In this document: piece after piece, positions 48,681 to 57,600 of the stretch | Numbering within the stretch: the stretch's first letter is position 1 | Layout of the letters: every line of letters begins with the position of its first letter | DNA from: an uncultured Verrucomicrobiales bacterium | Lineage (GTDB): Bacteria > Verrucomicrobiota > Verrucomicrobiia > Verrucomicrobiales > DEV007 | DNA: 64,000 bases | Direction: 5' to 3' | Assembly (NCBI GenBank): GCA_938091905.1 | Contig: CALKOM010000053.1 | Location: 31,900 to 95,899 of the forward strand | The notes under the pieces: model-generated | What the model saw: the letters and a program-made list of their open reading frames with translations, nothing else | The model's database searches: none | What the model was told of the DNA's origin: nothing | Translations under genes and position numbers: made by a program

Positions 48681-51600
48681 CTACCGCTGAATAGCCCGGT
48701 AGTAGCCGCTAGGAGCATTGCTACGATCAGGGTCAGTCTCTTCAAGAGTGCCGCTTACATCCGCGGCGATCGTCTCCCATCGAAGTAGATCGGTGGAGTA
48801 TTCAATGTCGACAGCGAGATTGTTAGGAATGGTGAAGCCAAAGATTCCATCAGCGTTGTCGCCAACGTTTTCGAGCGGAGGGAGAAGGCCTGGATCTGGA
48901 TTTCCTCCTCCGTCGCCTACAGCACCGCTGCCGACCAAGGCCAGCATGTTGGTGCCGCCGATGCCATTGCCGTTGATCGTCACGGTTGTGTAAGGCTCTG
49001 CTAGGGTGTAGACGGAGTAGAACTGATTGAGTCCCCCATCGCCGCTTTCGTCCACGCCGACAAAGTCGGGCTGACCGTTCGGGGAAATCCCTGTGTTCAC
49101 GCGTTCCCACCCGGCGTCGATGATCCATTGAAGCGTACCTCCAAGAATAGGATCTGAGGCGTTGTCTTTCCTGGCGGCGTTAGGACCATCCAAGCGATTG
49201 TCAATGAGCAGATACCAATGGGTAGGGCCGCTGGCAGTTACCGTAGCCACGAAGTCCGCATTGTCTCTCGCGTTGTTAGCGAAGCGCACATAGCTCTGAC
49301 CGACGAGGTAGTTTGGGAGGTCGACCGTGAGATCACCTTCGACGGTAAGCTCGCCCGAAATTGAATCAAAGGTAGCTCCATTATGTTCGTGTGTTCTGTC
49401 GGAGAAGGTTAAGGCGTCTTCTCCATAGGCGGCGCTTTCGACGATTCCCGGATCATCGCCTTCGAGGCCACCTTCCACCAAGGTGAGTTCGACGGGAGGG
49501 CCTCCGCCACCATGGCCTGCGTCGAGTGCCGCACCCACGCCTTCTGCTGCAATGGCAGCGACGTCAGCGTCGGTGAGGGCGTAGCCCTTCCAAATGGCGA
49601 TGTCATCAAACCAGCCGACCGTGAAACGATTGAAGTGGTTGGCGATGACTAACGGGTCTTCATTGTCGCCCATGGCCCACAAGCCTTGGTCTTCTCCAGT
49701 CACATCGCGGGCGGTTAGTTGACCGTCGACATAAAGGCGGATCTCAGAGAGAGCACCATCACGGGTGACGACGAAATGATGCCATTCTCCGTCTCCGTGG
49801 CTGATGTCGGAATCGGAATCGATTCGGGCCCGAGGATTGCCACCCTCACAGCAACGCGAGTCTAGGGTAAATCCTCCAGCACGCGTTTGCATCATCCAGT
49901 AGCCGGTCGTGGCTCGAGAATCATCGTGGTAACCTTTTGTGATCAGGCCTTGATCGTCCTCGATTTCATCTGTTTTGTACCAAAGCGAGGCGGCCCAAGA
50001 CTCTTCTTCAGCAAAGCGGAATTCTGGGGCATCCGCCACTTCGATGAAGCCATCTGAGCCATCGAAGAAGATAGCGCCGCCGACCTTGCCTTCGCCTGGC
50101 TTCCACTCGGCGGTTCCCATGACGGCACCAACATGCGCGCCGATGGCATCCGCAGCTTCACTGCCGTCAGTTTCATCGAGAGGCCAATGGGCAACAATGT
50201 TTTGTGAGAGTGAGCCAGTGGCTGCAGGTGCGGGGCTACGTGGATCGATTGGGATCGAAACCGGCCGCGATCTCGGCACCGTCCTCCCGTCCATCGCCAT
50301 CGGAGTCGACTAACAAAGGGTCGGTTGAGTAATCGCGTAGTTCTTCAAAGTCAGAAAGTCCATCGCCATCGGTGTCGGGTTTGACAGGATCCGTCATGAG
50401 GGCCACCTCTTCGGCATCCGTAAGACCATCGCCATCACTGTCGGGTTCCTCGGCCTTGAGCACACCACCTGGATTCGCGGCAAGAAAGGCGATGTCACTC
50501 GCGGGCAAGGCACGCGTGTAGATCTGGAGATCGTCATAAGTGCCTGTTGTAAAAAGAGGTCCGTAGGAGCCAAAGAAGAAGAGTCCGGTCTCGTCAGGGT
50601 TGGCTTCGCCAAGAGCTTCCCCTGAGCCGATTAGCTCACCGTTGAGATAGACAGAGACCTTGTCATGATTCCCTTCGGCGACAATAGCCAAATGATAGGG
50701 CGTGCCGATTGATAGCTTCGTTTCTGTGGTGAAGATGAAAGGATCGACTGGAGCATCTGGGACCAACCATGTCAGGGCCCCATCCGTGGTTACTAGCAAA
50801 CTCACATCCGGATTGGAGTCGTTCGCTCCGGCGCGGGAAACGAGTGCCCCGAGTTCACCCGGCAACTCGCTCAGGTTTACCCAGAAGGTGGCCGAATAGT
50901 TGGTGATATCTCCGAAGCCTCTTGCTGGAATGGTGAACGAGCCACCGCCGCCGACCGTTGCGGCCGTGCCGGTTGCAAGTGCGTTTTGACCGAACGTTAC
51001 GGTTCCCTCGCCAGGAACGTAGTTGCCTGGGCGATCGTAGCCCGTGATGTCTACAATCACTGGGTCCTCGGCATTGGCGTTATCGTCGAGTGAGTAATGT
51101 CCTCCGGGGCCTGTTGTGTTGATTACACTTGCGCTGAGATTGATCGTCACTGTGGGAGAATCGGGATCATCCGTTTCAAAGGTGAGGGTGGCCGTAAAGG
51201 CTCCGGTTTGGCCTAACGAATTGAACGTGTAGTTTATTTGATCTGCTTGACCGACGGCAATTGTACTCGGCATAGCATCAAGCGTCCAGTTGTCAGGGCT
51301 GGATCCAGCTAAAGTGAAATTGCTGAGAGTGAGGACCTTCGATTCACCTGTGTTCCTCACATTGATTAGGCCAGAATGTGCGGCCGGAACGGTGGCCACT
51401 TGGCCAAGACCGCTGGCGCGAGAAATGGCGATGTTAGGATCGGAGGGCAATGATGGTTCGACGACACCTGCTGCCACTCGGTAGAAATCGATGTCAACCG
51501 CAGCGCTCTGTGGGGTGGCGCCTAAAGAGAGCCAGAGGTAGTCAGAGTCATTGTCCTGACCCGTGCCTGCCGTGACAAAGAACGTTTCTGGCTCGATCGA

Positions 51601-52455
51601 ACCGTCTTTGTAAACAAGCACCTTGTGGGTGGCTTCCTCATCGGAGTCATCGCGAATGACCGTAATCCAGAACTCGTGCCATTCCGTGAGGTTTTCAACC
51701 GGGACGAGATTCTGCTCTATGCCTTCGCCGGCCTCCACATCTCCCGAGACGTCGGGTCCAGACTTGGAGTTCATGATGAGGCCATCCATTTCTGGAGATC
51801 CGTTCTGTTCATCCGTGGTCAGTCCGAGCGAGAAACTAATCTTTCCGCTCTTGTCGGCATCGGGATCTTCGGTATCTGCTTCGTGGATCCCAAACATGCC
51901 TTTGCCAGAGTCATGAATGGTGCCGCCGTCACCCACGTCGGGGACGTCTTTCATGTCACCGCTCTGAATCTGATCGAGAGGACCGCCTGTTGACGGTGTC
52001 GGCAGGCGAGCTCTGAAGTTGAGTGTCACGCCATCGCGCAGTGGCTTAAACTCCTCTGAGAAGTTGCCGCCATTGTCCGCATGGGCCCCCTCGAACCCTA
52101 GGTCGCGATAGAAGGAAACTTTACGATTACTAGGATCTGCGATGTCGAAATCCCGAGGGTCACCAGAATCCTGCATGCGAAGAAAGGCTTCTCCGCCATC
52201 GTCGAGTGCTGAAGCGCCGCCCGGTGCGCCTTCACCGATTACCGAACTGTCCCAAGCATCCGACCCGTTGTTATGGCTCCAGGTCCCGTCCAACGATGCC
52301 TCCTCTTCGGAAGCTGCTGCATCCCCGTTGTAAGAGTAAGTCCAACCGTCGGGTGGTTCGGCGTAGAGACTGAGGTCTTGTGCCTGGACGGGCACTGCCG
52401 ACATGCGGCAAAGCAAGAGGATGCACAGCGATGATAACGAATACATGAGTTTCAT
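48681..52455 (-). pseudogene. Large secreted LamG/Ig-like protein (~1257 aa) split by a 1-bp insertion (real frameshift or sequence error)
   Basis: ORFs 50236-52455 and 48681-50300 overlap. Removing one base at 50247 gives GFDPNDPRSP and one frame with signal peptide, Ig-like domain, two LamG-like domains, DSDGDG repeats and a terminal STDLLRW...YYR. Confidence 0.82.
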
Positions 52456-52621
52456 CTAATAGAAGAGGTTTAAGGGATTTGTGCGTGGAACCATCACGCA
52501 AATTTGGATGGCTCTAGCGAAATGAGATTCAAATGGCAAGCCCATAAACAGGAGATAACCGTGACGCCAGAGTTTACGCTGGTGTCAGGCGACTCTCTGG
52601 GATAGTTAGTTATCCAAGTGC

Positions 52622-53308
52622 ATGTATAGGTTCATTCTCTTTGTGTTTGCCCTTTTAGCCGTGGTCTTTCTTTCGCCTGCGAAAGACGAGCGCTCCTCCC
52701 TGAGACAAGGCTTTGTGGACTTGCAAGAGTTCGTTCCTACGCTGATCATTGACTTGCGGTATGCGAGTGGGGACAACTTTGTTGGAAAGCGAATCGATGG
52801 CTACGAAGCCAAGCGTGGCGTGGCTTCTCAACAAACGGCTCAAGCCATGAGGAATGTGCAAGCTAATCTTGTCGACTACGGGCTTGGGCTCAAAGTGTTT
52901 GATGCCTACCGTCCGCAGAGTGCGGTGGACCACTTTGTGCGCTGGGCGAGTGATCCTACTGACACGTCTACAAGAGCAGATTATTATCCTGACGTGGCCA
53001 AGAAAGATCTCATTCCCGAAGATTACATTGCGCCCAAGTCCGGCCATAGTCGTGGAAGCGCCGTTGATGTCACTCTGATAGACTTGGAGTCCAAAGAAGA
53101 GCTCGACATGGGGACGCGCTTCGATCACTTCGGCCCACGCTCGCATGCTGAGAATATAGATCTGAGCAAATCCCAACGAGCTAGCCGACTTCTACTGCGG
53201 ACGGTGATGGAACGCCACGGCTTCAAGCATTTCAGTAAAGAGTGGTGGCACTTCTCCCTAGCAAACGAGCCGTTTCCGAGAACCTATTTCGATTTTCCGA
53301 TTCAGTGA
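52622..53308 (+). CDS. D-alanyl-D-alanine dipeptidase (VanX/DdpX, M15 family), with signal peptide
   Basis: DLRYA..NFVG, FDAYRPQ, SGHSRGSAVD, LDMGT.FD, EWWHF. Confidence 0.93.
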   Translation: MYRFILFVFALLAVVFLSPAKDERSSLRQGFVDLQEFVPTLIIDLRYASGDNFVGKRIDGYEAKRGVASQQTAQAMRNVQANLVDYGLGLKVFDAYRPQSAVDHFVRWASDPTDTSTRADYYPDVAKKDLIPEDYIAPKSGHSRGSAVDVTLIDLESKEELDMGTRFDHFGPRSHAENIDLSKSQRASRLLLRTVMERHGFKHFSKEWWHFSLANEPFPRTYFDFPIQ

Positions 53309-53429
53309 GGTGTCTTGCTCAATTGTATTGTCGCAGAGGGTAATGATTGCTAGGATCGTTCGGTAGTGTTTCCCGATCTTTCTTGTAAGAGTCTTACCTA
53401 TCACCTTCAGCACGACATCGAATGACGGA

Positions 53430-54428
53430 TTGTTAGCCGCCAGTCATGGTGGCTGCCTCTATACTCAGGGGCAACCAGCGTTCGTCGAGAACACCACAAT
53501 CATCGACAACACCGCTGGGAAGAATGCAGGTGCCGGGATCTATAGCACTGGTACGGGCAGCTTTCTAACGCTCTTGCATGTCACTGTGGTTGGTAATATC
53601 TAATACCGGGAACTTACGTTCGGGCAACTTTGCCGGTACGGGCGTAGTAGAGTAGAGATATCGCCCTCCACTTCAACGCCCACTAACAGCCTGATCTCTG
53701 ACAACTTCACCCGTGTCGGACCGGGTTCCGACTTGTTTGGGGGATTTACTAACGTTGGTGTTCTTTTGATTGAGGCGTTTACTGGGGTGCTGATCGATGG
53801 GGGCGGGCGGGTGACCGTGGCCAATCCGTATCTTGCCCCGCTTGGCGACTACGGAGGGCCTACGCTGACCATGGCGCCTCGCCCTGGTTCTCCCGCCATC
53901 AAGGAGGTTATCCGCGCCTTCCTGCCAAGAGGTCTGCCAATCACGGACCAACGCGGGTTTACGCGCGTGATCGGTAAGCTCCCAGACATCAGCGCTTACG
54001 AGTCAGACAGTGCGGCGGGCTACGGCGTCTGGGCAGTCGAGGGGACCGCTTCGGGACTCAACATGACCTACACCGGAGACGCCGCCGCCGATGGCTCCCC
54101 CAATGGCAGCGAGTAGGCGTTAGGCACCCTAGCGACAGTATCCGATCCTGATTCCATCCGCACGCCGACCGCGATCGAGAACGCCTCCGGCCACCTCGAG
54201 ATCACCTTCGGCTTCAACCCAGATGCCGCCCTGGACACCGCCTGGGGGCTCAAGCGTTCGACCAATATGGTTGATTTCGATGAGATCTACAGCCACAACG
54301 GGTCCTCTGACACTGAGACGCCGACGGCAGGAGTGTCCGCTGTCATAAATGCTGACAATTTCACTGTAACCGACGCGAATGCGTTCAGTGATCGGGTGTT
54401 TTACCAATTCTTTGCCGAGGAATCTTGA
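53430..54428 (+). pseudogene. Decayed secreted beta-helix / choice-of-anchor-Q type protein
   Basis: GGCLY...ENTTIIDNTA...GAGIY fragments with stops; PYLAPLGDYGGPTLTM.P.PGSPAI...TDQRG..R.....DISAYE; in-frame TAG at 54114, frame continues to TGA 54428. Confidence 0.78.
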
Positions 54429-54475
54429 AGTCGTCATTCAGCGGGCACTCTAACAAACAGGCTCCTTGGGTAAAG

Positions 54476-55044
54476 TCTCGCGCAGAGACGCTGGAGCGGA
54501 CGTCACTCGATGACTAGAGACTCAGGGGGTGGCTGATTGAGCCTCGGCAGGATAAAGGTTTTTAAAAAGAGAGAACGGAGGAAACCGAGAGTCCCCAGTA
54601 CCATGTGTTTGACCTCTGTTCTCTCTGTTGCCTTCTGTTCAATCTCGTTTGTGTTTTAGGTCTGGCCTAACTAATCGGTGATGTAGGTTGGATTCATTGA
54701 GTTTGAAACGCAGCGCCGTCGTGAGAGCCCTTTCTTGTCCCCGCTCACGTTTCCGATGGTCAGACCTTGATCGAGAAGCCGAAGACCGTAACCGACACGA
54801 ATGCGTTCAGTGCTAGCTTTTTGCAATTTGTTGGCTGAGCTGTTCCCGTCCGTTCAAATTGGCTACCCGAACACGCTGACTTGCTATAGACTAATCTCTC
54901 GCGGCGGCGCAGCGGCGCGGCGGAAAGATTAAGGGGCGGTTTACGCCGGTTTTCGGTGTTTCGATTGAGCTCTCGAACTTAATCCATGAGATCGACCCGA
55001 AGACCGAGACCTTGTGTTTGAATACTCTGCGTCTCTGCCCGAGA
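54476..55044. mobile_element. Possible MITE-like element or palindromic repeat cluster
   Basis: TCTCGCGCAGAGACGC (54476) matches the reverse complement of GCGTCTCTGCCCGAGA (55029-55044) at 15/16; no ORF inside. Confidence 0.5.
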
Positions 55045-55159
55045 TACCGTGTCTGGATCGGTTCGCAGCGCTCTCTGCTCCTAACCTGCGGCTAGTCGTC
55101 GCAACCAACCGCACTCTTGACGAGTGATGGGCTTCTAAGCGAGGAACAAGCGTCGTACG

Positions 55160-57268
55160 ATGAGCAAACCGGTAAAGTTAGTTTCCATTCGTTGGAGCCT
55201 CATTCGCAATATAGGACTGCTTATCCTAGCGTTGTCTTCCTCGCTCCTGGCGGTGAGCATGCTGCGGTCGAGATCGATGGTGAAGACGCTTTGCCACGAT
55301 CTGTTTCACCGAACGGCGTCCCAGACGGATCGGGAGTTTCATCGGTTCTTTGATCCGGTGACAAGTTCACTGGGGATTGTCGGCCGATGGACGGAAGCCG
55401 GAACGCTGCAGTTCAACGACGTCGACGATGCCAACGACTTGATTGGGCCACTTTTAGAACACACGCCGCAGGTTCTCGCGCTTACGACGGGGGATGCTCG
55501 GGGTTCTAGCTATCACTTTCGCAATGTGGAGAATGGGTGGCAGAATCGCTTGGTCACTGTGGATGGCGAAGGCAATCGCCGTGTTGAGAAATGGTTGTGG
55601 GACGGAGGTGGGAAACTGGGTCGCCAATGGCGCGAGGATGACGATGCTTTTAATCCGACGACTCGGCCTTGGTATCAGGGCGCGGTAAAGCAAATCGAGG
55701 AGGGTGGCGAGATGGGGGCGCTTATGTGGACGCCGCCTTACGTTTTTTATAGTACCCGTGAGCCCGGGATCACGGTGGCTCGCATGGCAGCGCAGTCTGA
55801 TGGCGGCAAATCGGTTGTTTCGTTAGACGTGCATCTTACTGAGATGACGAGCTATATCCGATCGTTGTCGATATCACCGAACGGCTATGCCTTTGTAGTG
55901 GCCGAGGATGGGAAGCTGGTCGGGCTTCCCCAGCATGGAGACGAAGATGAGGCTAATCTTGCCAAGACCTTTGCGCGTGATCCGGCATCACAGGGTATGG
56001 ATGCTACTGCCAGTCTGCTCAGTCATGCGGGTGGGGTGCCGCTCCGTCCGGTTGACTCGTTTCGATACAAGCTTGGCGGGGAGTGGTATTGGGGGTGCGT
56101 CCGGCCGATCGAGGTCCCTGGAGTTCCCCGTTTCTACTTTGGAGTGGTCGTGCCAGAGCTTGATTTCCTGACGGAATCGCATCGTCACCACCTCTTAATC
56201 TTTATGCTCTCGGTGGTTATGCTCTTGGTCGCGACTGGTGTCGCGGTGATTCTAGCCAAACATTATAGTCGCCCCCTGAGTGCGTTGGCGGAAAGCCACG
56301 AGCGGCTGCGCAGACTGGACACGTCGGAGGCCCCGCACGTGGACACACGGTTGCGTGAGTTGGCGCAGCTTGAGGATGCCCATGGCCGCACGTGTGCGGC
56401 TTTGGATTCGTTTGCTCGCTATGTCCCAAGAGACCTTGTCCGCGAGCTTATGGAACGAGGTGAAGCGGCCAAGATTGGCAGCCGCCGTGCTGAGTTGACC
56501 TTGGTCTTTATGGATATTCAAGGATTTACCGCTTTGTCAGAGCGCCTTGGTCCCGAGCGTACGGTGGAACGCCTTTCGAGCTATTTCGAAATGGTGATCG
56601 GCTGTTTGCGCGAGCATGGCGGCACGATTGATAAATTGATAGGAGACGCTGTCTTTGCTTTCTGGGGCGCCCCGGAAGACCAGCCTGATCGCTGTCAACG
56701 CGCGCTCGTGGCCGTTCTCGAATGCCACCATTGCCTGGAGGATTTTAACAAGGACCTCATCGCTCAGGGACAGTCGCCCTTGCCAACGCGATTCGGAGTG
56801 GCCACGGGTAAGGTGATGGTTGGCAATATCGGATCGCCCTCACGGATCAACTACACGGCCTTGGGCCACAAGGTCAATTTGGCCAGCCGATTGGAGGGAC
56901 TCAATAGTCATTACGGGACCAGTATCCTCGTCGATGGGCAGACCCATCGTTGTTGTGAGGATGTTTTCCGCTGGCGTCACCTCGATACGGTCCGGGTGAA
57001 AGGAAGTAAGACTCCCGAGCCGATCTATGAATTGCTGGGGACTAACGACGCGCGTGATTCCGAAGAAAGAGATTGGGTGGAGTGTTATGAAAAGGCTTTG
57101 AACTTGTATCGCGCCAAGGAGTTTGATCAGGCTCTCGCCGTGATTGAAGCTCTCTTGGAAACCACGCCTTCTGACATTTCTATGCAAAGGCTATCTGCGC
57201 TCTGCAAGGAATGCCGCGTTCATCTGCCCGATGACTGGGATGGCGTGACGCGATTTTATCAGAAGTAG
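55160..57268 (+). CDS. Membrane class III adenylate cyclase with dCache-like sensor, HAMP-like linker and TPR-like tail
   Basis: Two TMs, PTTRPWY, WT.PY, FMDIQGFT, DKLIGDAV, NYTALG.KVNLASRLEG, VKG; Lys plus Thr specificity residues favour ATP. Confidence 0.92.
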   Translation: MSKPVKLVSIRWSLIRNIGLLILALSSSLLAVSMLRSRSMVKTLCHDLFHRTASQTDREFHRFFDPVTSSLGIVGRWTEAGTLQFNDVDDANDLIGPLLEHTPQVLALTTGDARGSSYHFRNVENGWQNRLVTVDGEGNRRVEKWLWDGGGKLGRQWREDDDAFNPTTRPWYQGAVKQIEEGGEMGALMWTPPYVFYSTREPGITVARMAAQSDGGKSVVSLDVHLTEMTSYIRSLSISPNGYAFVVAEDGKLVGLPQHGDEDEANLAKTFARDPASQGMDATASLLSHAGGVPLRPVDSFRYKLGGEWYWGCVRPIEVPGVPRFYFGVVVPELDFLTESHRHHLLIFMLSVVMLLVATGVAVILAKHYSRPLSALAESHERLRRLDTSEAPHVDTRLRELAQLEDAHGRTCAALDSFARYVPRDLVRELMERGEAAKIGSRRAELTLVFMDIQGFTALSERLGPERTVERLSSYFEMVIGCLREHGGTIDKLIGDAVFAFWGAPEDQPDRCQRALVAVLECHHCLEDFNKDLIAQGQSPLPTRFGVATGKVMVGNIGSPSRINYTALGHKVNLASRLEGLNSHYGTSILVDGQTHRCCEDVFRWRHLDTVRVKGSKTPEPIYELLGTNDARDSEERDWVECYEKALNLYRAKEFDQALAVIEALLETTPSDISMQRLSALCKECRVHLPDDWDGVTRFYQK

Positions 57269-57544
57269 TCTACCTCTTCCTTGTGGGGGTGGATTGGTTT
57301 CCACATTGGCAGTATTTGCTCGAAATTGTAGAGCACTTGCACGGTAGTACGTGGGGCATTTCTCGGAGCTGGCGAAACTTGCCTGCTTTGACTGTTCCCG
57401 GTTTTCAAATTTGCTCAGAAGAGAGCGCAGCGTAGCAAAGCATGCACACACTTCATTTCCTCGTTTGGGCTAGCTTTCGAGGCGATTGTGATCGAACCTG
57501 AACTTACCGAATTGGATTGATAAGAGATGGTCGCGCCACCTTTC

Positions 57545-57575
57545 AGGCAGCTCGGGCAAGATGCCCGAGCTGCCT
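57545..57575. repeat. 14-bp perfect hairpin (REP-like or bidirectional terminator) between convergent genes
   Basis: AGGCAGCTCGGGCA / AGA / TGCCCGAGCTGCCT. Confidence 0.75.
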
Positions 57576-57600
57576 TGGATGGAAATCTAACAATGTGGAG

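Noticed and set aside
50236..50260. Programmed frameshift or phase variation at the LamG gene break
   Set aside because: No slippery heptamer, homopolymer or simple repeat at the junction.
52622..53308. VanX-like gene as vancomycin resistance
   Set aside because: No vanH, vanA, vanR or vanS nearby; stand-alone D-Ala-D-Ala dipeptidases are common in Gram-negative bacteria.
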